DNA from: Squalus acanthias | Lineage: Eukaryota | Assembly (NCBI GenBank): GCA_030390025.1 | Contig: CM059425.1 | Coordinates: 176,330,001 to 176,394,000 of the forward strand | Direction: 5' to 3' | DNA length: 64,000 bases | Part shown: positions 40,965-53,149 of the stretch, one piece after another | Position numbering within the stretch: the stretch's first letter is position 1 | Layout of the letters: each line of letters starts with the position of its first letter | Notes under the pieces: generated by a model | What the model saw: only the letters and a program-made list of their open reading frames with translations | Databases searched by the model: none | Told to the model about the DNA's origin: nothing | Made by a program: the position numbers and the translations under genes

Positions 40965-41302
40965 AAAAATTCTTTCTAGGGATGTGGGCATCGCTGGCAA
41001 GGCTCGCATTTATTACTCATCCCTAGATGCCCTGAAACTGAATGGCTTGCTAGGCCACTTCAGAGGGCAGTCACATATAGGCCAGAACGGGTAAGGATGG
41101 CAGGTTTTCTTCCCTAAAGGACATTAATCAACCAGTTGGGTTTTTATAACAAGCCAATAGATTCACAGTCACTTTTACTGATGCTAGTTTTTTTATTTCC
41201 AGATTTTTTTTTAACAGAATCAAATTCTCAAACTGCCATGGTGGGATTTGAGCTCAGGCCTCTGGAATATTAATCCATTAACATAACCACTACGCTACCA
41301 CA
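40965..41302 (-). mobile_element. tRNA-headed SINE sharing both ends with LINE family X (different junction)
   Basis: Minus strand reads GGTAGCGTAGTGGTT...CTCAAATCCCACC...CCTAGCAAGCCATTCAGTT|TCAGGGCATCTAGGGATG...GATGCCCACATCCC. Confidence 0.85.
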
Positions 41303-44061
41303 CTCAGCTGCAATGTTATGGGAAATGCCATGTAGATGATAAGCTTTCCTGTCCTGGTGAAGCGGGGTGGGGGGTGGCAGTGAGGAGTGCTGAGTAGATA
41401 CTGGAGGGAAAGTGCTTGCTACATTGAGTGGTCTCTTCCAAGTCCATTTATGTAGTGCCTTTTGTCTTCATGCTTCATGCAATTAATTACTTTTGTAACA
41501 TTTTTTACAAATGACCCACACCATCCCTTTTATACTGTTCACAATTCGATTAGAGCTAGAACCTTCCGCAATCTTTCTTTTGCTTTGTCAGCTAGCTGCA
41601 CATAATTGTTGGGGTGAATTAAGTTGTTACAAAATCAGGTCTCATGCTGCAGATTAGGGCAGGAAAGGAAATGTTATTACAATGCTTCTTTCAATAGTCT
41701 TTCTCACATCAACTGTGGAGTTCTTGAAATCAGATTAATTTTCCAATTCTAGGCCTTAAATCTGTCTAAAAATCACTTACAATTAAGTACCAAATTACCA
41801 TCATAATATCCCTGTGCATTACTCTTTTAGAAAAAACAGTGTGCCTACATTAATACTGGTCCGTCCACAGAAGGTGATGGTCGAACTGGGTATTCAATTC
41901 CTTGATGTGCATAAAAATGGTTCGTCTATGAAATGGTGTGAGTCGGACTCCCTCTCCTTGGGCTGTTAGGCTTGTGTTGGCAAGCAGATTTCAGTATGTG
42001 GTTGACAGTGTAGACACTGAAATCCAGTTGCCAGTACAATGACTGAGCAAAACAATGCATGTCCATGCATGTAAGAGTGATCATATCATACAGTGTACCT
42101 GGACATGTGAAGGGCTCTACTTGCAGTCCCCCTCGCACTTGAGTATGACAGGGAGATGGAGCAGAGGCAGCGAAGATGAGGACAAGCTGCTCACAGAGGG
42201 AGTAGAAGGCAGGGCAAGAGGGCTTCCACCTAGGTTCTTATGCGAGCACTTTTCCTACCTGCACTTAAGCCAGGAGCAGTGTATTAGGAGGCTCCGCTTC
42301 ACCAAAGAGGTGGTCACAGTGCTCTGTCATCTCTTGGAAACAGACCTGCAGCATCAGAGCAGGGTGACGAGAGTGCGGCCAGTGGTCCTCAAGCTCACCG
42401 TGGCCCTCAATTTTTTCGACACCGGATATTTCCAGTCTTGAAAGACATAGTTAACATCTCCCAGTTCACTGTCCATCGCTGTATCCAAGAGGTGACAGAG
42501 GCTCTGTACTCCAGGAGAAGTGACTTCTGAACAGAGAGAAATAGAGGAGCGTGCATGTGGCTTTGCCAGGATATCGGACTTCCCCATGGTGCAGGGTGCC
42601 ATCGACTGCACACACATGGCTTTGCGGGCATCACATATCAATCCTGAGATGTACTGCAACCGCAAAGCCTAGCACTCACTTAATGTGTAGTTGGTGTACG
42701 ACCACGCCCAGCACATCATGATGGTGAATGCCTGGTAACCTGGCAGCAGTCATGATGCCTTCATCCTGCACCAGTCCGGTGTGCCAGCAATCTTCCAGCC
42801 ACCACATCAAACCCAAGGGTGGCTGCTCGGAGACAAGGGCTATCTGCTCTGCACCTGGCTGATGACTCCCCTCCGCAACACCACCACTCATGGCCAGCAC
42901 TCATATAATGACAGCCATGCTGCCACGAGGAAGCTCATTGAGCAGATCATCGGCGTTCTGAAGCAACGGTTCTGCTGCCTTGACCCCTCGGGAGGAACCC
43001 TCCATTACACGTCAGAGCAGGTGTCCCATTTCATGGTGGTCTGCTGCATCCTCCACAACTTGGCCATCATGAGGGTGCAGCCCTTGCCACCACGGGTTCT
43101 GTGACCACGTCAGGAGGAGGAGGAGGAGGAGGAAGGGAGGAGACAGGCAGTAGATCCCTGTTCCGGATGGGCTGTCCTTGAGCGCCTCATCCGAATCCAA
43201 TTTCCATGAATGAAACCCCAAATCCGCATTGCTCCCCACTTCCCCACCTCACCATCCCTCTGTCACAGAACATCACAGCATCCTGTTGGCCACAAAGCTG
43301 AAATGAGAGCCACCACAAAGCAAACATTCCAAACATGATTTATAAATTAATCAATGCCAAACTACACAACAGCATCAACTAATCACCCTTGTGCATTGCC
43401 TTAGTGGCTGTCTTTTGTGTTCCTTTGCCTACTCTAGTGCTCCTAGGCAGTGCTACCCAAGTGGCTGCAGCATAGCTGGTGGAAGGCTGCTGACTTTCAG
43501 TGGGGGAGACTTCAGTTGGCCTTGCAGGACGACTGTGAGCAGTTCTGGGCCTAGAGGCCCGGCTGTGGACTGCACCACCTTGGCATGGGCGGCAGCAGCC
43601 TGAGCTGGCTGGCTGACAGGCAGCAACAAGGGCACTGGCGGAGTGGCAGTGGTGGGAGTATGAATGCTGTCATTCTGAGAGAGGACAGCAGGTTCTTGCT
43701 CCACGGAGCCACTGCCACTCCCCCGGGGCGGTTCCTCCGCATTCCTAGCCAGCTGTTGGAGCACAGATTGCTGGACTGCTGTGAGATCCTGCAAGCCCCT
43801 TTCCACACTCGTAAAACCAGCCACGATGGCATCAGTCTGAGCTTGTGTGGCAGCAAACTGAGACTGCATGAGAGCAGTCTGAGCTTCCACTGTAGCATTG
43901 AGACATTGGGTCACTTCTGTTTGTGCTGTAATGGAAGCTGTGACATCGCCCATCACACGCAGCATCATGGTTGGGTCCACAAGTGTCCTAATGGAGTTGC
44001 CCATCATTTCCATCCTGGAAAACATGGGCTCCAAGCTCCACGCAAAGCTCCGTGCAATGTT

Positions 44062-45470
44062 AAGAATATAAGAACATAAGAAATAGGAGCAGGAGTAGGC
44101 CATTCGGTCCCTCAAGCCTGCTCTGCCATTCAATAAGATCATGGCTGATCTTCTACCTCAACTCCAGTTTCCTGCACTGTCCCCTTGATTCTCTTAATAT
44201 CCAAAAAACTATCGCTCTCTGTCTTGAATATACTCAACGGCTGAGCCTCCACAGCCCTCTAGGGTAGAGAATTCCAAAGATTCACAACCCTCTCTGAGTG
44301 AAGAAATTTCTCCTCATCTCAGTCCTAAATGGTCGATCCCTTATTCTGAGACTGTGACCCCGTGTTCTAGACTCCCCAGCCAGAGGAAACATCCTCCCTG
44401 CATCTACCCTGTCAAGCCCTGTAAGAATTTTGTAAGTTTCAATGAGATCACCTCTCATTCTTCTAAACTCCAGAGAATATAGGCCTAGTCTACTCAATCT
44501 CTCCTCATAGGACAATCTCCCCATCCCAGGACTCAGTCTGGTGAACCTTCGTTGCACTCCCTCTATGGCAAGTATAACCTTCCTTAGGTATGGAGACCAA
44601 AACTGTACACAATACTCCAGGTGTGGTCTCACCAGGGCCCTATATAATTGCAGTAAGATGTCTTTACTCTTCTACTCAAATCCTCTTATAATAAAGGCCA
44701 ACATACCATTTGCTTTCCTAATTGCTTGCTGTACCTGCATGTTAACTTTCAGTGATTCATGTACAAGGACACCCAGGTCCCTCTGAACACCAACATTTCC
44801 CAATCTCTCACCATTTAAAAAATACTCTGCTTTTCTATTTTTCCTACCAAAGTGGATAACTTCACATTTATCCACATTATATTCCATTTGCCATGTTCTT
44901 GCCCACTCACTTAGCCTGTCTATATCCCCTTGAAGCCTCTTTGTATCCTCCTCACAATTTACATTCCCACCCAGCTTTGTATCATCAGCAAACTTGGATA
45001 TATTACATTTGGTCCCCTCATCCAAATCATTGATATAGATTGTGAATAGTTGAGGCCCAAGCACTGATCCTTGTGGTAGCCCACTAGTTCCAGCCTGTCA
45101 ACCTGAAAATGACCCGTTTATTCCTACTTTCTCTTTTCTGTCCGTTAACCAATCCTCAATCCATGCTAGTATATTACCCCCAATCCCATTAGCCCTAATT
45201 TTGTTTAATAACCTCTTGTGTGGCACCTTATTGAATGCCTGCTGAAAATCCAAATACACCACATCCACTGGTTCCCCCTTATCTATTCTGCTAGTTACAA
45301 CCTCAAAAAACTCAAACAGATTCGTCAAACACGATTTCCTTTTCATAAATCCGTGTTGACTCTGCCCAATCCTATTATTATTTTCTAAGTGTCCTGTTAC
45401 CACGTCCTTAATAATAGATTCTAGCATTTTCCCTACTACTGATGTTAGGCTAACTGGTCTGTAGTTCCCC
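44062..45470 (-). mobile_element. CR1 LINE, 5'-truncated, inserted in Harbinger B
   Basis: ORFs 45098-45427, 44672-45064 and 44282-44632. (TTCTTATG)n-type tail at 44062-44085. Confidence 0.95.
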
Positions 45471-45878
45471 GTAGGTGAGTGATGGGGGTGTGGTGCATTG
45501 AGCAGTGTGTGAGGCTAGTGGTGCAGTTGGTGCGATATGGCATTTGAAGATGCAGACGCTCACCTTGACCACTTGTGCCAGGTCATTAAAATTGTGGCAC
45601 TGGATCCAGGTCCTGGGGACAATACTCATAGCATTGACGGCTTGTGCTATTTCCTACCACAGCTTTCTGGCATACTGCCTGGAAAGCCTCCTGCCCTCCT
45701 GCGGGTAGATTACCTGATGCCTTCTGTGCACCCCAGGACCAAGGCCTCCAGTGCCACATCTGAAAACCTTGTTGCCCTCGCTCTTGCCTATTGGGCCATG
45801 GCGTCAGAGTGACAATGAGGTGCTTCTGCAACAAAACACCCCACCCCCACCCCGCCTTTAAGTAGCGCAGAGAACCTA

Positions 45879-47272
45879 AGCCTAACATCAGTAGTAGGGA
45901 AAATGCTATAGTCTATTATAAAGGATGTGATAACAGGACACTTAGAAAATATCAATGGGATTAGACAAAGTCAACATGGATTTATGAAAGGGAAATCATG
46001 TTTGACAAACTTACTGGAGTTTTTTGAGGATGTAACTGGTAGAATAGATAAGGGAGAACCAGTGGATGTGGTGTATTTGGATTTTCAGAAGACCTTTGAT
46101 AAAGTCCCACATAAGAGGTTAGTGTGCAAAATTAAAGTACTGTACATGGGATTGGGGGTAATATACTGGCATGGATTGAAAATTAGTTAACAGACAGGAA
46201 ACAGAGAGTAGGAATAAATGGGTCTTTTTCGGGGTGGCAGGCGGTGACTAGTGGGGTACCGCAGGGATCAGTGCTTGGGCCCCAGCTATTCACAATATAT
46301 ATCAATGATTTAGATGAGGGAACCAAATGTAATATTTCCAAGTTTGCTGACGACATAAAACTAGTTGTGAGTTGTGAGGAGGATGCAAAGAGGCTTCAAG
46401 GTGATTTAGACAAGTTGAGTGAGTGGGCAAATACATGGCAGATGCAGTATAACGTGGATAAGTGTGAAGTTATCCACTTCGGTAGGAAACTCAGAAAGGC
46501 AGATTATTATTTAAATGGTGATAGATTGGGAAATGTTGATGTACAAAGGGACTTGGGTGTCCTGGTACACCAGTCACTGAAAGCAAACATGCAGGTACAG
46601 CAAGCAGTTAGGAAGGCAAATGGTATGTTGGCCTTCATTGCTAGAGGATTTAAGTACAGGAGCAAGGATGTCTTACTACAGTTATACAGGGCCTTGGTGA
46701 GACCACACCTGGTGTACTGTGTGCAGTTTTGGTCTCTTTACCTGAGAAAGGATATACTTGCCATAGAGGGAGTGCAGCGAAGGTTCACCAGACTGATTCC
46801 TGGGATGGCAGGACTGTCATATGAGGAGAGATTGGGTCGACTAGGTCTGTATTCACTAGAGTTTTGAAGAATGAGAGGGGATCTCATTGAAACGTATAAA
46901 ATTCTGACAGGGCTAGACAGACTGGATGCAGGGAGGATGTTTCCCCTGGCTGGGGCGTCTAGAAAGAGGGGTCACAGTCTCAGGATACGGGGTATGACAT
47001 TTAGGACTGAGATGAGGAGAAATTTCTTCACTCAGAGGGTGGTGAACCTGTGGAATTCTCTACCACAGAAGGCTGTGGAGGCCAAGTCACTGAATATATT
47101 TAAGAAGGAGATAGATAGATTTCTAGACGCAAAAGGCGTCAAGGGGTATGGGGAGAGAGCAGGAATATGGTATTGAGATAGAGGATCAGCCATGATCATT
47201 ATTGAATGGTGGAGCAGGCTTGAAGGGCCGAATGGCCTACTCCTGCTCCTATTTTTCTATGTTTCTATGTTT
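45879..47272 (+). mobile_element. CR1 LINE, 5'-truncated, inserted in Harbinger B
   Basis: ORFs 45927-46190, 46244-46867 and 46871-47176. (TTTCTATG)n tail at ~47254-47272. Confidence 0.95.
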
Positions 47273-47444
47273 AGCGCCGAGATCAGCATCCAATCATTAT
47301 AATGAGCAGGCAGCACAAATTTTGCTTGCTGCCTGCACCACTTTGAACGGGCGTGGGCAGATCATGCTTTGTGCTCCCCGTGCCCATTTTTAAGCTTTAT
47401 CCAATTTCACCCTGATTGTTTTTTTCAGTAGAGAAAAAGATTAA

Positions 47445-48338
47445 GGGGTAAAAATTCACTTGGTTGCGCCACCCGTTTGCGCCTTAAGGGGGCGCTAATG
47501 GGGCGCAAAGCCGCTAACGCCCGGGCGCAGCGATGTTTGCGCCGCTCGAGAACTTAACTTGAGATTGTGCGGCGGCGCTAAAACTTACCGCTGCGACCAC
47601 CTGCGCGCGCAGATTGTGACGTCATTCCATGGTGCAACGCCCTTGGGGCGCCCCGTAGCGGAAATTGAGTGGCGCCCCCTGCCTTACCGCCTGGCGCTTC
47701 CAACGACCAGAAGACTGGAACGCTATCAATCGCTGTGGGGCTGGGGGGGGGCGCTATTTAAAGGGGGCCTCTTCCTGTCTTTTATTGTTGGTGGCATTTT
47801 TGAACTACGCATTCTGAGAGAGAGAGGGAGAGACTTCTGGAGAGATTCAACGTTGTGTGAAGGAGTTTTGGGTACTGAGCAGCACTTTGCAGGTTAATTT
47901 TGATTTGCCATTCCTTGTATCGATTTAGCAGAGACCGTGGGAGCTGCACTCTGAGCTCTTTGCCTGGTGCTCTCCATTGTTCTTTCCAGCACATTTGATG
48001 TGCAAGTCTCTCCAGGCCGAGATTCAAGGCAGCAATGAACAGGATGTGGATGGAAAGCAAGATTAACCATCCCCTTTAAGAACTGGCCCGTGCCATTGTG
48101 TGTGTGTTCTATTGCTGACTGACATTACATGAGCTTCGCCAGCGCTCCGAGTTAGCGCCTCACTCCTTGGCCTTTGCGCCTTAAGAGAGGTGTGCAGTGC
48201 CTGCTTTAGCGCTCCACTCACCTCCCGGGGCGGTAAAAGTGAAGTTTCCCGTCAGTGCCGATAATTAGCGCCAGGCGCTAATATTTGCGTCCGGACGATA
48301 TTTGCGCCCCAAATGGGGCGCGACCTAATTTCTACCCC
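47445..48338. mobile_element. Non-autonomous Harbinger element (MITE-like, 894 bp)
   Basis: TIR GGGGTAAAAATT / AATTTCTACCCC (11/12). TSD TAA at 47442-47444 and 48339-48341. Subterminal blocks shared with 48677-52756 (CAGATTGTGACGTCA, TTTAAGAACTGG, TTAGCGCCWGGCGCTAA). Confidence 0.85.
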
Positions 48339-49172
48339 TAACTATTTAGTACTAGGACTAGATATTGCATATAAAATATTTGGAGGTTTGAGTTTCTCTT
48401 TAATGTAGCTTCATAATTGAGCATACTTTACTCTTACACTGTTCCATGAGGAGCAGCATAATTAATTGCAGAATGAACTATCTTTACATTGGATAATAAA
48501 ATGGAAAAGATCAAAGTAATGGTGATAAAATAGTATTAAAACCACAATTCTACTTTTGAAATAGACAGTGTATGAAGGAAATTTTAACGTAACTTTTAAT
48601 TATTTATTCATGAAGAATGCTCTACATTTTATTTTAATCAGTTAACTGCATAAATTAACATTGGATTAGCGATACAGGGGGAGAAATTCGGTACCTTAGT
48701 GCCTCCAGTTATCGCCTGGCGGGGGCGCTAACGGGGCGCTGAGACAGTAGTGCCGCAGCGAGGCGAATCCAGCGCCGCACGCCAAATTCGGCCCCACCGT
48801 TGTGCCGCCGCTATGAGTTAGCGCCAGGGACTTCAGCGCCAGGCAGATTGTGACGTCAGCAAGCGTGCAACGCTCACTGGGCACCCGATCTGTCAAATTG
48901 TGTATCTCCCCTGCCTTAGTGCCTGGTCCCGACAGGGAGAGGAGGCGTCAAGCAGGCGGATGCCGATCTATGGGCGCTACTTAAAGGGATCATTAGTAAT
49001 GAGTCGCAGCTGTCAGGTTAGTGGTGTTTCAGTGCTTCCTTGTCAGTTTGAGATAGTTCAAGAGTTGAATTCAGTCATTCAAAGGTTGTTTAGTCTCCGG
49101 AGTGTTGCGGCTTCTAAAAGTTAGTGACATTTATTCTCACAGAATATCAAAGTGCTGCACGTCCTTACATTA

Positions 49173-50250
49173 ATGGGGGCTGTACTGGCAGTCGACCTCG
49201 CCCTCCAGGATCTACTGCGGAGGGAGCGCAGGCAGCGAGAAAGATTGGAACATGTGGCCAGAGGGAGGAGGAGGGCCATGAGGGCTCTCAACAGGAGTTC
49301 TTACCCTCTGAGAGTATTCCGACAGCACTTCTCCTACTTTCAATTAAGTGAGGAGCAGTGTCTTAGAAGGCTCCGCTTCAGCAAGGAGTTGGTCACAGAA
49401 CTCTGCAACCAGACCTTGAGCCTGAGATCAGGATGAGGACGGCTCGCTCAGTGGCAGTCAAGGTCACCGTCGCCCTCAATTTCTTTGGCAGCGGGTCCTT
49501 CCAGTCTGCAACAGAAGATATAGCTAACATCTCGCAGTTCGCTGTCCATCGCTGCATCCGGGAGGTCACAGAGGCTCTCTACAGTAGGAGAAGGGACTAC
49601 ATTTCCTTCCCCATCACCAGAGAGAAGCAGGACGAACGTGCATGTGGCTTTGCCAGGATAGCGGGATTCCCCATTGTGCAGGGCACCATTGACTGCACCC
49701 ACGTGGCTTTGTGGGCAATGCATAACAATCCTGAGATATTCCATAACCGCAAAGGCTACCACTCACTTAATGTACACTTGGTGTGCGACCACACACAGCG
49801 AATTCTCAATGTGAATGCCGGTTATCTTGGCAGCAGCCACAGTGCCTTCATCCTGTTCCAGCACTCTTCCAGCCACCACATCAAGCTCGCAGCTGGCTGG
49901 TCGGAGACAAGGGCTATCCGCTCTCCACCTGGCTCATGACTCCCCTCCCCAACCCCAACATTCCTGCTCAGCACTCATATAATGAGAGCCATGCTGCCAC
50001 CAAGAACATCATCGAGCAGATCATCGGGGTGCTCAAGCAACGGTTCCACTGCCTTGACCACTCGGGAGGAGCCCTCCAGTACTCGCCGGAGTGGGTGCCC
50101 CATTTTGTCGTGGTCTGCTGCATGCTCCACAATCTGGTCATCATAAGGGCTCAGCCCTTGCCACCAGCGATTGCGGGACTGCCTCAGGAGGAGGAAGAGG
50201 GAGAGGAGGAAGAGGAAGACGAGGAGGAGGGGGAGGAGGAACAGGAGTGA
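49173..50250 (+). pseudogene. HARBI1-like DDE transposase of copy C (frameshifted)
   Basis: Three ORF pieces: RRLRFSKE; ALNFFGSGSFQ...GFPIVQGTIDCTHV...NRKGYHSLNV.LVCD; WLVGDKGYPL...YN..H...IIEQIIGVLKQRF...CCMLHN. Acidic C-tail. AATAAA at 50441. Confidence 0.9.
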
Positions 50251-50526
50251 GGAAGGAGGCAGCCACTCAATTGGCCTTCCGGAAGGGCAGTCCATGACAG
50301 CCTCATCAGACTGCGGTTCCAGTAAATTCAACCCCAGATCCCCGTTGCTCACCACATCCCCATCATTGCATCCCTGCCGCACGCCATATCACAGCACACA
50401 GCCGAAATGAGAGACAGTACAAAATTATCCGAAGTGAATTAATAAATTTATCAATGATCAGTGAACACATCTTTACAACGATCAGTGAACACATCTTTAC
50501 AACAACAATATTAACTATTCACCCTT

Positions 50527-52397
50527 CTACAATCCCTTTGTGCCTTTTGTTACTGTACCTTTGTCGACTCTAGTGCTCCTACGAAGTGTTGGGCCAGTGG
50601 CTGCAGCAGGGCTGGTGGAAGGCTGCTGAGTGTCCGTGCGGGAGACTTCAGATGGCCTCGCAGGACGCCCTCGACCAGCTCTGGGCCTGGAAGGCCCGGC
50701 TGTAGACTGCACCACCTCAGCATAGGCGGCAGCAGTCTGGGCTGGCTGGATGACAGGCAGCGACAAGGGCAATGGCAGATTTGCAGTGCTGGGAGCAAGA
50801 ATGCTATCATTGTGAGAGAGGACAGCAGGTTCCTGCTCCACTGACCCACTGCCACTCCCCCGGGGCAGCACCTCAGCATCCCTAGCAATCTGTTGCAGCA
50901 CAGATTGCTGGCCTGCTGAGACACCGTGAAAGCCCCGTTCGAAAAAGGTAGACCCAGCCATGATGGCAGCTGTTAGAGCTTGCGTGGCATCAAGCTGAGA
51001 CTGCATGAGAGCAGTCTGAGATTGAATGGCACCAACCATCGACTGCATTACAGCACTAAGACGTTGCGTCGCTTCTGCCTGTGCTGCAATGGAAGCTGCC
51101 AGATCGCCCATCACACGTGACATCAGGTCTGGGTCGCCGCGGTCTCTCTGGGAGTCTACCATCCTTTGCAGACTGGAAATGATGGGCTCCATGGTGTGTG
51201 CAGAGCCTTGCGCAATGTTGGAGGCGGACTCCTCCACGCTCCTTATCATTGCCGAGAGGCTCTCGGGTACCCTTGCCATTGTACCTATCATCTCTGTGTG
51301 CATGCCCATCTCCCTTTTAAAGGCCTCCCCATCGAGGTCCTCATTTGAGTCCTGTGCAGCAATACTCACCCTCCGGGGAGCTGGCGCCCGAGCTACCCTT
51401 TCCCCCTGGCCTTGCTGCAGCCCGCTCATTCCCGGTGCGTCACCCTGTGCAGATCCCGCTACTATACTAGCCTCTAAAGAATGCGTAGTGCCAGTATCTG
51501 AGCTGGTGCCTGCGGTTGAGACATGCAGTGACGTGGTGTGTTCTTCCTCCTCCTCTTCTCCCGCCTCTCTCTCAACGGTGCCCTCAGGGACAGGCTGCTC
51601 AGGTGTTTGCTCATTATCTGAAAGCATAAAGGCACAAGAGTCGGGTTAAGGTGAGGGGAGTGGGGTAGGAAGGGAGAAATGCATGCATACAGCATGATTA
51701 GCTGGAAAGTGCGAAAGGCTTGTGGGGTGAGAGGGAAGTGGGATGTGAGAAGAAGGAGTAGGGATGAACATACCGTTGTTGTCCCCAAGAGGGTCAATGT
51801 CGCCAGTGGCCATGGCGCCCACCACCTGGCGCTCAATAATCTGCAGCACACTATTTTCCAGCGCAGACAATGGTTGGGTGTCGGCTTGTCCCCCGCCAGT
51901 GCGCTCCTGCTCCCTCATGTTGTGAGCCACCTTGGCCTGCAAGAGAAAGGAAAGTGTGTGAGTGAGTATGGAGCAATGTATTTGGGTGATATGCTTGCCG
52001 TAGTTGAATAGCTGTCAATGCGTGCAAGGTGAGATGTGGGTGTGAGTGTTGGTAGGTAGAGATTGTTGGTGGGTGAGTGCTGGTGCTTTGGTCAGTGTGT
52101 GCAGACTGTGGTTCGGATGGTGGTATGTAGCATTTGTTGTAGCTTTGACTCACCCTGACCACCCAAGTGAGGTGGCTACATTTCTTCCTGCACTATGTGT
52201 GGGTCCTGGGGACCACAGTGCTGCCCGAGACCTGATGGGCAACCTCCCTCCATATGGCACGGAAGACTTGCTGTGAGGGCCTCCTGCCACTTGCCGGTTA
52301 GAGCACCGCCTATTCCTCTCTCCACAGCGGACACCAACTCCTCCAATGCTTGGTCCAAAAATCTGTGGGCTCTCTCTCTGGGGTGTGGATCTGCCAT
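50527..52397 (-). pseudogene. Three-exon Myb/SANT-like (trihelix) DNA-binding protein gene of copy C
   Basis: Exon 1 52397-52154 (MADPHPRERAHRF.D.ALE.LV...CRKK, frameshifted; donor GTGAGT). Exon 2 51936-51774 (AKVAHN...RTGGG...LENSVLQII; TTGCAG and GTATGT). Exon 3 51617-50527 (open, TTTCAG acceptor). The same junction positions are seen in copies A and D. Confidence 0.85.
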
Positions 52398-53149
52398 GAA
52401 TACAGCTGGTTGAGTCATCCGGCTCCTTGGACTTGGCCTGCTCCTGCCTGCTGACACAGGTTCACAGCCAGCAATGTTGAGAATGAGGTTCTGCAGCATG
52501 AATGAACCTCCTCTTTAAGAACTGGAAAGAGCCTGTGGCAATGATGACTTGCGATTAGACTGCACCTGATATTGGTTAGCGCTTTGAGTCTAACCCCACT
52601 GAGCTAGGCCGTTAACGCTTGATTTAGCGCTCCCAACATTACTTTGAGCGATGACACTGAATTTTGCCTGCAGCGAGATTCATTAGCGCCTGGCGCTAAA
52701 TCTCAAACTTTTCCAGAGTTAGCGCCCATTCCTGGGCTATGATGAATTTCTCCCCCACAGAGTCTGGCGGGATTCTCTTATAGTATTTATTGCAGTTTTG
52801 GACATTTTTAGTGTTGCAAAGAAAGAATGCTCCTTTACTACCGATTTTAAGTGGGAGTTCACAGTATTGAAAAACACATTTTGTTGCAGGTTTAGATTCC
52901 ATAAAAATGCTAAATAGTGTTAGACAGAACAGGCACCTAACCTTTAATATGTTAAACTGGCAGTGGCTGACCATACTTTTTAGATTTAAAATATCTATTT
53001 GAATTTAAACTTTCCAACCAGGTTTTAATGTACCTAATACTTGGCTAACTTGTTATTGGCTATTTGGTGGTTTAGAAGTACTTTTCACATTAAAAATGAT
53101 GTCCCCTGGTCCTATTGGCTTGACTCACTTTGAAGTAGTATTTTGGGTT

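Larger units (their letters stand above)
42130..47412. mobile_element. Harbinger copy B, interrupted by two CR1 insertions
   Basis: Transposase remnants on + (EQCIRRLRFTK, GAIDCTH, WLLGDKGY, IEQIIGVLKQRF) at 42130-43104. Myb exon 3 remnant on - at 43450-44061. Myb exon 1 region at 45471-45870. Terminus CCAATTTCACCC at 47401-47412. Left end not found. Confidence 0.85.
48677..52756. mobile_element. Complete PIF/Harbinger transposon (copy C, 4080 bp)
   Basis: Perfect 13-bp TIR GGGGGAGAAATTC / GAATTTCTCCCCC. 3-bp TSD ACA at 48674-48676 and 52757-52759. Convergent transposase and Myb/SANT genes. Confidence 0.95.

Noticed and set aside
49173..50250. Domesticated HARBI1 or NAIF1/MSANTD host gene
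   Set aside because: Frameshifted, multicopy within the window, and enclosed by TIRs and a TSD, so it is a transposon rather than a host gene.
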